Notes: generated by a model from the sequence alone, not told the origin. A stretch of 64,000 nucleotides of DNA from Octopus sinensis (GCF_006345805.1 NC_043022.1:15500001-15564000); one strand, 5' to 3'; shown: positions 1-12,811, counted from the first letter of the stretch. Numbers and translations are program-made.

Positions 1-416
1 TAGTAGTAGTAGTAGTGGTGGTGTAGTGGTGGTGGTTCCACCCCTCTTCTGCCCAATGACTTGAATCTTCCTACCACTGCTGCCGCCACCACCACCATCA
101 CCACGACTACTATTCAACCTCAGTTGAGCCCTTCTCTCATCCCCTCCCTCTCCGCCAAGTTCTCAAGTCACCTCAGGCTTCCCCCCCCCCCCTCCAGGTT
201 CACTTCAATCCATCTCCTCTGTCCTCCCACACACGCCCCACCCTCATTCTTTCCCATTCATCAACCTCTGGCTACTTTACTACCACCGCTATTACCACTA
301 CTATTCTCTTCTCACAACACACAACAACAAATATATATATACATACATATATATAAGAGATAATGGTGTCATTGAGACCCGAAGGTGTCAGGTAATGCTG
401 AATGAGTCCTATAGAC

Positions 417-617
417 CAGTGGTTTTCAACCAGAGTTCCGCCAGTACAGTCCAGGGGTTCCACAAGAAGTTACAAAGCTGCTAAAATCGGCAGTAATTTT
501 TAATTCTCCTGTGCAGATATGTGTACATAAGACTATTAAATTATTGCACAGGGGTTCCTCGAGCCAGTGGAATGTTTCCTTGGGGTTCCGCTCCAGCAAA
601 AAGGTTGAAAATCACTG
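417..617 (+). mobile_element. hAT-type MITE, family 1 (201 bp)
   Basis: TIRs CAGTGGTTTTCAACC / GGTTGAAAATCACTG; perfect 8-bp TSD CTATAGAC (409-416, 618-625); inverted copy at 22652-22865. Confidence 0.92.
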
Positions 618-777
618 CTATAGACAGACCATAGTTAAGTTCCAGATTCGTTAATATTGCGAATAAAGGGTTCAATGTTGGTTCTATCTCAGCGTGTGTA
701 TATAAGAATTTTTTGCGTAATAAGATAAAAAAAACCCACAAGGCTCTGTAGATATGAGAGCATTTATAGATAGAAGG

Positions 778-830
778 TCTTACAGCTGTTTCTAGGATAT
801 TAATTAATAACAATATCCCTTCATTGGGGA
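778..830 (-). ncRNA. Degenerate type-I hammerhead motif (left arm)
   Basis: Minus strand: CCAAUGA-A-GGGAUAUU..AAUAUCCU-A-GAAAC-AGCU-GUA-AGA; cleavage triplet intact, CUGAUGA box mutated. Confidence 0.6.
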
Positions 831-897
831 AGGTGTGAGAGGAAAAATTAAGTCATAGTTAGTTTAGACTGACTATGACTTAATTTTCCTCACACCA

Positions 898-951
898 TCT
901 CCGATGAAGGGATATTACTAATTAATTAATATCCTAGAAACAGCTGAAAGA
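898..951 (+). ncRNA. Degenerate type-I hammerhead motif (right arm)
   Basis: UCU-CCGAUGA-A-GGGAUAUUA..UAAUAUCCU-A-GAAAC-AGCU-GAA-AGA; 9-bp stem II; U4>C and GUA>GAA. Confidence 0.6.
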
Positions 952-1145
952 CCTTCTATCTATAAATGCTCTAATATCTATACAGCCTTGGGTTTTTTTT
1001 ATCTTATTACGCAAAAAATTCTTATATACAAATATATTTATATACATACATACATATGTATACATGCATATATATGTATATATATACATACATACACACA
1101 TATATATATATACACATACATATATACATATACTCACACACGTAC

Positions 1146-1182
<37 letters not shown>

Positions 1183-1194
1183 GTATACATATAT

Positions 1195-1330
1195 ATGACG
1201 GGATTCTTTCAGTTTCCGTCTACCAATCCACTCACAAGGCTTTGGTCAGCCTGAGGCTATAGTAGAAGACACTTGCCCAAGGTGCCACGCAGTGGGACTG
1301 AACCCGGAACCATGTGGTTGGTAAGCAAGC
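1195..1330 (-). mobile_element. tRNA/CORE-like SINE family A, head fragment
   Basis: Matches the 5' half of the full copy at 20341-20741. Confidence 0.85.
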
Positions 1331-1376
1331 TACTTACCACATAGCCACTCATAATAATAAAGGGTAAAATTAATTA

Positions 1377-1461
<85 letters not shown>

Positions 1462-2243
1462 ATGCATATACACACATATTTACATATATATCTATATTTA
1501 TCTATAAATACCTATTTATATTGATATCTGTTTATCTTTATACCAATCTGTATATACCTATTTATATACCTGGTTGTAGCTATCCACCTATCTATCTATC
1601 TACCTGTCTATCTATCTACCTGTCTATGTGCCTCCCTTTCTTTGTCTTTCCCTTGCATTTTCTCCCCCTCTCACTTCCTCTCCATAATAACTCTTCCCAT
1701 CACCTTCCTCCTATCCACCTGAGACATTCTCTTCTGATTGTCCCATTTCTCAATCACTCACCTGTAATCACTCTACCTGTCCTTCCAGCACACACCTATA
1801 CTGCTGTCACACCTCTCTCTCTTCTTATTCACCTGCATTCACTAACACACACACACACACAGAAAACTAGTGTGCTTGTGGTGCTGGGCCAGCAGTCGAG
1901 CGAGTGAGTGGAACAGAGAGGACAAGCCTACCTCTACCACACAAACAGCGCAACACCAGAGGAGTTGGACTTAACACTACACAAAAACACTTAAGTCACT
2001 TTTAACAACAACAACAACAACAACAGCATAAAGAATTAAAATAAACATTAACAAAACACAATCAGAACGACAAAAAAAAAAGAAACAGTAAAACCCGGGA
2101 AGATATTTCAAAATTCAATTCGGACTAAAAATTGGCGGATTTAAAAAGAAAACCTCAAAAATAAGTTTATAAGGAAGAACGTGGGAACGAAGAATAATAC
2201 ATCGACGGAAAAGGAACATTACACGGTTAATATTAAAACAAAA

Positions 2244-2274
<31 letters not shown>

Positions 2275-2720
2275 CCTTATAATCATAAGTATAACGATAT
2301 TTGATCTTTCTGGTTAATTTTTTAATTTCATCCTGATTCACTGGATTTAATATCCTTTATACGGGTCCGTTGGATTGGATTATAAAATTAGGTGGGTAAT
2401 ATTTATATCTATATATATATTTTTTTAATGAATTTTTTCTTTTTTTTTACTTTCATCTGCAATCTTTTATCTTTCTATCTATCAATCTGTATTTCTAACT
2501 ATACCTGTCTGTGAATATACCTATCTGTTTTATATCTACCTATATCTATCTATCTATCTTTTTCCTACCTATCCATATCTCTATCTATCTATCTACCTAT
2601 CCATTCTGTAATTTCTGGTAAATGAACATGATGTCCCACCATAACATGCGAACTCTCATATCGCCAATCAGTGTAATTGGGGCGGTTAATTGAGCCCTTT
2701 AATTTAAATGCGCTTTCATC

Positions 2721-2741
2721 ATTCTGAACAAATATGTATAT

Positions 2742-2778
<37 letters not shown>

Positions 2779-2865
2779 GTATGTATATATATATACATAT
2801 GTATACATGTATATATTATATATATAATGACACACAACACATATATATATATATACACACAACAC

Positions 2866-2908
<43 letters not shown>

Positions 2909-3152
2909 CACACACACACACACATATATATACACACACACACACATATATATATACACACACACACACATATATATATACACACACACACATATATATA
3001 ATACACACACCACACACACATATATATACACACACACACACATAATATATACACACACACACCACACACACAATATATATACACACACACACACATATAT
3101 ATATACACACACACACCACACATATATATATTACACACCACACACACACCAC

Positions 3153-3187
<35 letters not shown>

Positions 3188-3294
3188 TATATATATACAC
3201 ACATATATACACACATATATATACACATATATATATACATACATATATATATATACATCTGTTTGTATGTTTTGTGCATATACACACACACATG

Positions 3295-3330
<36 letters not shown>
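2721..3330. repeat. Compound (TA)n/(CA)n/(TG)n microsatellite
   Basis: Direct reading; source of the spurious Y/I/H/T and C/V/Y ORFs. Confidence 0.95.
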
Positions 3331-3331
<1 letters not shown>

Positions 3332-3596
3332 ATTGGATTTAACCAACGGTCAGTGGTCTTGCAGGGTGTGTCCAGTTTCCTCATTATATTCAATATATTG
3401 ACAAAGCACAGTAGCTACCTGTATATACACATAAATATTTTATGCCCAATGGAAGGAGGGCAGGCGAAAATTAAACTGACCAGGTATTTGGTCAGAGCCA
3501 AATAAAACAGAAAACCCAGTAAAAGCCCAGCATGATGTCCACTGCTTCACAAATAACCACCTGCATTTATTTGTTTGATTCTGTATGTGTATCAAA

Positions 3597-3657
<61 letters not shown>

Positions 3658-3843
3658 TATGTATGTATGTTTTATCTGTCGTGGTCATGCTCCAATGACT
3701 TACACTGATTAAAGAAAAAGATAGCCACCAAAACCTCACTGTAGCTAATATATATCTCTTTCTCTACCTCCCAACCTCCTTCCAAGTCCCTTCTGCATCT
3801 CTCAGTATCTATAAGCACATATAAATTCTATATGTATATATGC

Positions 3844-3879
<36 letters not shown>

Positions 3880-3880
<1 letters not shown>

Positions 3881-4072
3881 GTTAATCCAAACAAGAAAGC
3901 ACAAAAAAACACAACAACGTGAGGACGGACGTGGAACAAATAATGTATTATTGGACGCTCAGGAAAGAAGGAGGGTTTAACGTTTCGAGCAGAGCTCTTC
4001 GTCGGAAACATAGAAAAAGGAAAGGTCCAGAGAAGGGAAGAAGGAAGAAAAAAAAAATCACCAATGGTACAC
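3880..4072 (-). mobile_element. About 190-bp HHR-bearing short element (family H1)
   Basis: Homologous to 9668-9858 and 31179-31364; microsatellite on both sides; HHR motif at 3975-4009 (GUUU-CCGACGA-A-GAGC-UCU-GCUC-GAAAC-GUU-AAAC). Confidence 0.8.
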
Positions 4073-4214
4073 ACACAGTCACATATAAATATACATACAT
4101 GTGTGTGTGTATATATAAATATATATTATATATATGTGTGTGTGTATATATATACATGCATGTGGTGTGTGTGTATATATATATATATACATACATATAT
4201 ATATATATATATAT

Positions 4215-4535
4215 CATCATCGTTTAATGTCCGCTTTCCATGCTAGCATGAGTTGGATGGTTTGGCTGAGGACTGGTGAGCCACATGGCTGCACCAGACT
4301 CCAGTCTGATCTGGCAGAGTCTCTACAGCTGGATGCCCTTCCTAACACCAACCACTCAGAGTGTATGGGTGCTTTTATGTTCCACTGGCACGAGAGTCAG
4401 TCAAGCAGTTCTGGCGACGGCCATGCTCAAATGGGTTTTTTTTTATGTGCCACCTGCACAGGAGCACTCCAGTGGCACTTGGCAACGACCTCACTCAAAT
4501 GTTTGTTTTTCACTTGCCAGTAAGGCAATGCTGAT
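4215..4535 (-). mobile_element. RTE LINE 3' UTR fragment
   Basis: (GAT)n tail, CCATGCTAGCATG stem and CTACAGCTGGATGCCCTTCC, as in 10340-11940. Confidence 0.85.
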
Positions 4536-4547
4536 CACATATATATA

Positions 4548-4712
4548 GGCACAGGAGTGGCTGTGTGGTAAGTAGCTTGCTAACCAACCACATGATTCCG
4601 GGTTCAGTCCCACTGCGTGGCATCTTGGGCAAGTGTCTTCTGCTATAGCCCCAGGCCAACCAATGCCTTGTGAGTGGATTTGGTAGACGAAAACTGAAAG
4701 AAGCCTGTCGTA

Positions 4713-4755
<43 letters not shown>

Positions 4756-5480
4756 TTATCCGTAATAATGAAGGGTGAAATTAATTAATTGGGAAAAATT
4801 ATCAATTACACCAAGTAGTCTTCGGCATGTAAAAGCTCATTCGAGGAAAATTTAAGTAATACTAAGCAATAAGGGTTTAGCAACGAGTTGCCTTACCACA
4901 TACCAATTTAGAAATAGCAGTCAAAAGGTTATAGCTATTTCTTCTACTAAAAAGGGAGATCTCAGTAAAAACAGCATTTGGAAGGCAGACACAAACAGGT
5001 AAGAGAGAATGAATTGACTGCAATCTATCATACATTTTTTTAGTAAAAAATGTATGATAGATTGCAGTCAATTCATTCTCTCTTACCTGTTTGTGTCTGC
5101 CTTCCAAATGCTGTTTTTACTGAGATCTCCCTTTTTAGTAGAAGAAATAGCTATAACCCTTTGACTGCTATTTCTAAATTCGGTATGTGGTAAGGCAACT
5201 CGTTGCTAAACCCTTATTGCTTAGTATATATATATATATATATATATATCTATATATATATGTGTGTGTGTTTGAGTGTCTGTGTTTGTCCCCCTAGCAT
5301 TGCTTGACAACCAATGTTGGTGTGTTTACGTCGCCGTCACTTAGCGGTTCGGCAAAAGAGACCGATAGAATAAGTACTGGGCTTACAAAGAATAAGTCCC
5401 AGGGTCGATTTGATCGACTAAAGGCGGTGCTCCAGCATGGCCACAGTCAAATGACTGAAACAAGTAAAAGAGTAAGAGTA
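4548..5480 (+). mobile_element. SINE family A split by an insertion into its central (TA)n
   Basis: Head at 4548-4712 and tail at 5263-5480 are collinear with 20341-20741; about 4755-5227 is a foreign insert. Confidence 0.85.
4859..5227. repeat. Near-perfect fold-back palindrome (arms about 182 bp)
   Basis: Loop TAGT at 5041-5044; about 1 substitution and 1 indel between arms; sequence family also at 42330-42420 and 51270-51360. Confidence 0.95.
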
Positions 5481-5726
5481 TATCTGTGTGTGTGTGTTGT
5501 GTGTGTGTGTAGAGGGAGAGAGAGTAACACAGCTTTGTAAGTTTATTAAATCCTGTTAATCCATTGAGTTACTCAGAGTTTCATGCCATCTCACAATGAA
5601 TATTAGTAACCAGACCCTTGGGTCACATCAACGAACACATGAATCACTGGACCAGAGAGACAAGAAATTCTATTCACTTCCGTTGGGAGCATTCTGAGCC
5701 TTCTGGGAAAAAATAGATGCACTCAT

Positions 5727-5757
<31 letters not shown>

Positions 5758-5827
5758 ATTTCAGTTCCTTTTTCATTGTCAACATTTTAAAGTATATGAT
5801 TAATTAACTGGTCTCCGATAGATCAAT

Positions 5828-6645
5828 AAGGTGGCGAGCTGGTAGAATCGTTAGCACACCTGGTGAAATGCTAAGTGGTATTTCATCTGCTGCTATGTTC
5901 AGAGTTCAAATTCCACTTTGCCTTTCATCCTTTCGGGTTTGATTAAATAAGTACCTATTTCTTTACTACCCACAAGGGGCTAAACACAGAGGGGACAAAC
6001 AAGGACAGACATGGGTATTAAGTCGATTACATTGACCCCAGTGCGTAACTGGTACTTAATTTATCGACCCCGAAAGGATGAAAGGCAAAGTCGACCTCGG
6101 CGGAATTTGAACTCACAACGTAACGGCAGACGAAATACGAATTTCGCCCGGCGTGCTAACGTTTCTGTCAGCTTGCCACTTTGAAAAATAAGTACCCGTT
6201 ACGCACTGGGGTTGATGTAATCAACTTAATCCATTTGTCTTTCCTTGTTCGTCCCCTCTATGTTTAGCCCCTTATGGGTAGTAAAGAAATAGCTATTTTA
6301 TCTGCCGCTATGTTCCGAGTTCAAATTCCGCCATGGTTGACTTTGCCTTTCATCTTTTTCGGGGGTTGAATAAAATAAGTACCAGTTATGCACTGGAGTC
6401 AATGTAATCGACTTAATCCCTTTGTCTGTCCTTGTTTGACCCCTCTATGTTTAGGCCCTTATGGGTAGTAAAGAAATAGGTATTTCAAATTCCGCCAAGG
6501 TCGACTTTGCCTTTCATCCTTTTCAGGGTTGATTAAAATAAGTACCAGTTATGCACTGGAGTCAATATAATCGACTTAATCTCTTTGTCTGTCCTTGTTT
6601 GACCCCTCTGTGTTTAGCCCCCCTGTGGGCAATAAAGAAATAAAT
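5828..6645 (+). mobile_element. SINE family B cluster: one copy interrupted by an inverted copy (about 5957-6180), followed by tandem body repeats
   Basis: Repeated GACTTTGCCTTTCATCCTTTCGGGG..TAAGTACCAG domain (Meta/MESC-like) and tail TTTAGCCCCTT(A/G)TGGG..AAAGAAATA. Confidence 0.85.
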
Positions 6646-7258
6646 ATCTCAGTTAATCTTCCAGTAGGTTCCTCAGAGCCCTTTTTATCAAACCCTACAA
6701 TCTCACCTCATCAATCACCTGTTGCCATTCACCTCTTTCACTCTACTTCATATTAGGATGATCCTCCATTTTCACATTTATCTCCATTATATACAACTTC
6801 TATTGTTTGACGTTTGTGTGTGTGTATATGTCAGTTTGTAGGGTGTTTAGTCATGCATAACAATAGTTTACTGGGTTGGGTGGTTTAGTCATGCATGAAC
6901 AATAGTTACTGAGTTGGGTGGGGTGTTTCATGTTTTGGTGTTTTCACCTTATTCTTTTTATTTCTTTGTTCCTACACAAATAATTATCCATATCTACATA
7001 CATATATAAACACATATAATTAGATGAAGATAATTATGGCCAGCCTGTGGGGTCACCCTGGGTTTCAAGTCCCATAAAGTGTTTAGCCTTATGCTGTTTC
7101 TTCACACCACAATGGCTGAATGACCTATTCTACATGGGTCCTTCTGTTTTGGATTTATGACTTACTGACAATACACAAACACACAAATCTATCTATATAT
7201 ATATATACATACATACATGCATATATATATATATACATATATATACATACATACATGC

Positions 7259-7289
<31 letters not shown>

Positions 7290-7485
7290 CATACATGCAT
7301 ATATATATTATATAATATATATAACATACATACTGAATAATATATATATATATATATATATTATACATATATATATACATACATTACATGCATATATATA
7401 TATATATATATATATACGTATATATATACATACATACATGCATATATATATATATATATATTATATATACATATATACATGTATG

Positions 7486-7524
<39 letters not shown>

Positions 7525-8054
7525 CACACACACACATATTGTTATTATATTATTATATGTTTATCCTCCATTATATCAGTACAGCTCCATGCAACCCCAA
7601 CAATCTGGTTCACCGGTCTCCATCATTAGACTGCGGCCGGCATATTGGAGCAGCTTTATTTGCACATTCAAAATTTATGCTAAACACAACTGAATTGAAA
7701 ACCTTTAGCCCCTGGCCATATTGGCAATTCTGAAAACTTTTGGGAATGAATTTTACGTGAGAAAAAGCTTTTAACAAATTTTATCCTGAAAATCACCTGC
7801 GTAAATTGAACAGGTGCGCAAATTAGGTGTCTTTTTATGGTATTTCACCTGTTAGGATTATTTTCACACTTTACACAGAACCACCTTTAAACAGGTAAAT
7901 AGTACTTTCCTCAACAATAGCTCCACCTATTTCCATTAGTGACATATTCACCCATATACCATGAATGACGATGCCTTTCATGTCACTTCAGACAGACTTT
8001 CAATTGTTATTCTCACATATCCGATTTGCCTGTTATTACATAAACAAATTCAAG

Positions 8055-8084
<30 letters not shown>

Positions 8085-8086
<2 letters not shown>

Positions 8087-8622
8087 CATCATCATCATCG
8101 TTTAGCGTCCGCTTTCCATGCTGGCCTGGGTTGGACAGTTTGACTGAGGACTGGCGAACCAGATGACTGCACCAGGCTCCAATCTGATCTGGCAAAGTTT
8201 CTACAGCTAGATGCCCTTCCTAATGCCAACCACTCCGAGAGTGTAGTGGGTGCTTTTACGTGCCACCGGCACGAGAGCCAGACAGGCAGTACTGGCAACA
8301 GCCACGCTCAAATGGTGCTTTTTACGTGCCACCTGCACAGGAGCCAGTCCAGCGGCACTGGCAACAACCTTGCTCGAATGTTGTTTTTCAAGTGCCAGTA
8401 AGGCAACACTGGTAACGATCACACTTTAATGGTGCGTTTTATGTGTCTCGGTCACTAGTCATTGCCTCGGTGAGGCCTAATGTTCGAAGGTCGTGTCTCA
8501 CTACCTCTTCCACAGGTTCCCTCAACCAATAGGGTGTGACACTTTTTCACACAGCTATCCTCATCTATTCTCACCACATGACCATACGAGTGCAGTCATC
8601 TCTCTTGCACACCACATCTGAT
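8085..8622 (-). mobile_element. RTE LINE 3' end (ORF C-terminus remnant plus UTR)
   Basis: Minus-strand remnant similar to WYGHVARMDED..EGTRGRG of the 11.2-kb copy; (GAT)n tail. Confidence 0.85.
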
Positions 8623-8688
8623 GTTTCATATATATATATATATATATATGTGTGTGTCTTCCCAAATAAAACTACACTTCATTTTTGA

Positions 8689-8769
8689 AGCTCTGATGAA
8701 GCTGTAGGGTGATACACAAGCATTTAACTATGTGTGCATTACACCAAGCAGCAGAAACAGCTGTAAGCT
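8689..8769 (+). ncRNA. Type-I hammerhead ribozyme motif with long stem II, core intact
   Basis: AGCU-CUGAUGA-A-GCUG..GGUG..ACACA..UGUGU..CACC..CAGC-A-GAAAC-AGCU-GUA-AGCU; palindromic stem III ACAGCUGU; predicted cut after 8765; decayed relative at 15066-15146 (-). Confidence 0.75.
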
Positions 8770-8893
8770 GATGAAGTTCATGACAAAATTGTTTATTCCT
8801 TTTTCATTCTAATTTCTTACCACTGCTTAATATATGGCTAACACTTCATTCCGAAGCATATGGACATTGAGTTTTAAAGCCAGGTTATTAGTA

Positions 8894-9234
8894 CAGGTAC
8901 GGAACCTCTTATCCAGAATCCAGAAATCTGGAATTACCAGAAATCCAGTTATTTTTTGAAACTGGTTAGCTTTGAATTTCATGGGCTGTAGTAGTTCGCC
9001 ATGTGGCCTCTTCATTTTGGTCTCCATGGCATATGCATCACATGATGCAAGAGCAAACAGGCCCAGCTTTAGAAACGTATTAATTTGCATATCTTATACA
9101 ATTTTGTTCTTTACTTTTCGTTCTTTATTTTATATTTTCAGTATATATTTAGCATGTGTCCAGAAATCTGGAAAATCCTGAAATCTGGACTACCTCTGGC
9201 CCCAAGGTTGCCAGATAAGAGGGTTTGGTACCTG
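8894..9234. mobile_element. Tc1/pogo (Tigger-like) MITE
   Basis: TA-CAGGTACGGAACCTCTTATC..GATAAGAGGGTTTGGTACCTG-TA; imperfect TIRs and TA TSD. Confidence 0.8.
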
Positions 9235-9262
9235 TATCACTATAACCTACCAAATTATTAAT

Positions 9263-9610
9263 ATATATAAATTGGAGAAAAACCACTATTATGCAATTCA
9301 AACAATGATAGACATAAACCAAATCATAAATAAAAAATAAAATATATTTAAAAAAAAAAACTAGATCACAAAAAGTACAAAAATGAATATTATAGTAGGC
9401 TCCCCATTTAATAATTTGTACTTTTAGTGATCTAGTTATGTTTTAAAATATATTTTATTTTTTATTTATGATATGGTTATGTCTATCATTGTTTGAATTA
9501 CATAATAGTGGTTTTTTCTCTAATTTATATTTTATATATTTATATTGCGAAATTTGATTTAATGCTAAATTGAATTTTTCCTTGTAAGTTTGGAGTTATA
9601 CTCCCTAATA
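9263..9610 (+). mobile_element. Fold-back element family P (palindrome 9263-9530 plus a conserved tail)
   Basis: Hairpin followed by TTTTCC(C/T)TGTAAGTTTGGAGTTATACTCCCTAATA(TTA)n; relatives at 41364-41641 and 45740-46036. Confidence 0.75.
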
Positions 9611-9667
9611 TTATTATTATTATTATCATCATCATATATATATATATATATATGATAAATGTGACCG

Positions 9668-9858
9668 CGTGGGTACCGTTGGCGATTTTTTTCCTCCGTC
9701 TTCCCTTCCTGGGCCCTTTCCTTTTCCTATGTTTCTGACGAAGAGCTCTCTGCTCGAAACGTTAAACCCTCCTTCTTTCCTTAGCGTCCAATAATACTAT
9801 ATTTGTTCCACGTCCTCACGTTGTGCTTTCTCTTTGTGTTTTCATGTTTGGATTAACT
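9668..9858 (+). mobile_element. About 190-bp HHR-bearing short element (family H1)
   Basis: Starts CGTGGGTACCGTTGGCGATTTTTTT and ends TTTGGATTAACT(AT)n. Confidence 0.8.
9731..9767 (+). ncRNA. Minimal type-I hammerhead motif
   Basis: GUUU-CUGACGA-A-GAGC-UCUCU-GCUC-GAAAC-GUU-AAAC; stem I GUUU/AAAC, stem II GAGC/GCUC, palindromic ACGU stem III (dimer type). Confidence 0.75.
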
Positions 9859-10339
9859 ATATATATATATATATATATATACATACATACATACACACAT
9901 ATATATATGTATATGTGTGTGTGTGTGTGTGTGTGTATAGACACCTTGGCTACTTTTGTATTTCTTAGAATTAAGATAAACTCAAGCCAGAAACAAAACA
10001 AGCAAAGTAAATGACAAGACCCCCCCCATATCTCTACTTTATTGATAGGTCACCCGGTGAGATGTTTACTCGCATTAAATTCATCTTTGTCTACAGCTGT
10101 GTCTGCCATTTAATAAAATATGAGGCATGGTGAATAAATTTGAAAACGTCGTTGGTGTCAATAAATATAATTGATTTATAGGAAGACTTGTCTTCTTAAA
10201 AGGGATTTACAACCAAACTTGTATTATGGCTGGTGTGTATATATACATGTTGTAGGTGTGTGTAGCTATATAAATACATACACACACACACATATATATA
10301 TATTTATGTATATATGTAAATATATATGTGCATATGTAC

Positions 10340-11940
10340 ATCATCATCATCATCGTTTAACGTCCGTTCTCCATGCTAGCATGGGTTGGACGGTTCGACC
10401 GGGGATCTGGAAAGCCAGAAGGCTGCACCAGGCTCCAGTTTTATCTGGCAGTGTTTCTACAGCTGGATGCCCTTCCTAACGCCAACCACTCCGTGAGTGT
10501 AGTGGGTGCTTTTTACGTGCCACCTGCACAGGTGCCAGGCGAGGCTGGCAACGGCCACGGTCGGATTGGTGTATTTTATGTGACACCTGCACAGAAGCCA
10601 AACGAGGGGGTGCTGGCATCGGCCACGAGTCGGATAGTGCTTTTTACGTACCACCAGACCAGGGATCCTGGCTGGTTCAATTCGATTTCGCTTGCCCCAA
10701 CATGTCTTCACAAGCAAGAGGGTTGGCATGGGTGCCTGTCGTACGGTCAGATTGGTGTATTTTACGTGCCACCGGCACGGAAGCCAGTGGAGGCGGCGCT
10801 GGCATCGGCCACGAGTCGGATAGTGCTTTTTACGTACCACCAGACCAGGGATCCTGGCTGGTTCAATTCGATTTTTCGATTTCGCTTGCCCCAACACGTC
10901 TTCGCAAGCAAAGGGGGTTGGCATGGGTGCCTGTCGTCGGATGAGGTTCTATATCGACTTCGCTTGCCTCAACAGGTCTTTGTGTCCAAGGGAGGAAAGG
11001 CATTCATAAGTGGGCTGGGCTCACTTGTCCTGCCTGGTCTTCTCACGTACAGAATATTTCCAAAGGTCTCGGTCGCTGGTCATTTCCTCAGTGAGGCCTA
11101 AAGTTCGAAGGTCGTGCTTCACCACCTCGTCCCAGGTTTCCTGGGTCTACCTCTTCCACGGGTTCCCTCAACTGCTAAGGATTGGCACTTTCTCACACAC
11201 CTATCTTCATCCATTCTCGCCACATGACCATACCAGCGCAATCGTCTCTCTTGCACACCACAACTGATGCCTCTTAGGTAAAACATTTCTCTCAAGGTGC
11301 TAACGCTCTGTCGAGTATGTACACTGACATTACACATCCATCGGAGCATACTGGCTTCATTCCTCACGAGCTTACGCATGTCCTCGGCAGTCACGGCCCA
11401 TGTTTCACTGCCATGTAGCATGGCTGTTCGTACACACGCATCATACAGTCTGCCTTTTACTCTGAGCGAGAGGCCTTTAGTCACCAGCAGAGGTAAGAGC
11501 TCCCTAAACTTTACCCAGGCTATTCTTATTCTAGCAGTTACACTTTCAGCGCACCCACCCCCACTACTGACTTGGTCACCTAGATAACGGAAGCTACCAA
11601 CTACTTCTAGTTTTTCCCCCTGGAAAGTGACGGAAGTTATTTTCTGCAGATTTTCGGAGGTTAATGCTCCAGAGCATTTGCCACATACAAAAACTATCTT
11701 CCCAGTTAGCCTACCTTTGACATTGCTGCACCTCTTATGTGTCCATAGCTTACACTGGGTACATCTTATAGAGTTTCTACCTACACCTTTTCTACAGATC
11801 GAGCAGGGCCATCTTCCTGAAGACATTTGTGGATTGTCTACCTTCCTACTTATTAGTACTTTGGTTTTAGCTAGGTTGACTCTAAGGCCCCTCGATTCTA
11901 AACCCTCCTTCCACACCTGGAACTTCTCCAGCTCTGATAG
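10340..11940 (-). mobile_element. 5'-truncated RTE-clade LINE (RT C-terminal part, PHD-like finger, 3' UTR)
   Basis: ORF 11119-11916: GLRVNLAKTKV, LEVVGSFRYLG, LHGSETW, RRLRWYGHVARM, RGRGRPRK; 1-nt frameshift near 11137; about 186-bp duplication in the UTR (10559-10938); (GAT)n tail. Confidence 0.93.
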
Positions 11941-12590
11941 TGAATAAAAGTCAAATAAGTAACAATGATGTCAAGATACTAATGCAATACAGCCGTTTCA
12001 GGCAGCTCCATTTAATCAAACAATGCATGCATTACATCAATTTAAAATACAGCACCATCTTCAGTTGCAAAAATATGGATTTTCAACAGACAGGATATCC
12101 AAATATAATTTTTCACAAATATTTTATCAGAGCTAGAGAATGAAAGAATTCCATGCCGCTACTATGGCAGCAGAAGTAAACTAAGAGGAAAACAACAATT
12201 TTGGAGTGGCAGAAATAGACCATGGTGGGGGGGGGGGTCATGGGATTGTAATTAATTTCAAATTTTTATCTACCTCCTTATCTCCACTGAAAGATCTAAT
12301 GCAGCTAGTACACTATGTTTATTGAGAATTGAGAGCACAGAGAGGTGACAGTTCAGAACTAGATGCTGGTCATAAATAAATAACGTTAGATGTTGTCTCG
12401 AATCTTAGTTTCTAATGGCTATGAGCTCCCTTGCTACATAAACAAACAAATCTTAGAAGGAGTCAATTAGATTGTGTTATACACCTAGACAAAGAGGGTA
12501 AGGGTGACATAAACCCATTTATTATTATCAATTAAAGGTGCCTACAATAGAAAACATAGGATGCTATAATGAGAGTTAGATGGGCATTAA

Positions 12591-12811
12591 CCCTTTCGTT
12601 ACCCTATTTCTGTTGAGATGCTCTGTGTTTCTTTCAATTACTTTAAATATAACAAAGAATTTAGTAAAATAACTTAGTTATCATTCAGCTAGTGTTAGGA
12701 ACCATAAACTGTGACTAAGATTTGGTGGAAGATTTTAATTCAAAACTTATGAAAACAAGACATTTGTATTCAGAGCCAGAGCCGGTTTCAGCCGGGTTAG
12801 TAACGAAAGGG
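12591..12811 (-). mobile_element. piggyBac-type MITE family 1 (about 220 bp)
   Basis: TTAA-CCCTTTCGTTAC..GTAACGAAAGGG-TTAA. Confidence 0.92.

Larger units (their letters stand above)
697..1030. repeat. Fold-back palindrome with an HHR-like motif in each arm (inverted PLE pseudo-LTR pair)
   Basis: Arms of about 165 bp are reverse complements around a loop at 864-867, with scattered mismatches. Confidence 0.85.

Noticed and set aside
10373-11101. 242-aa + strand ORF
   Set aside because: Antisense reading of the repetitive RTE 3' UTR.
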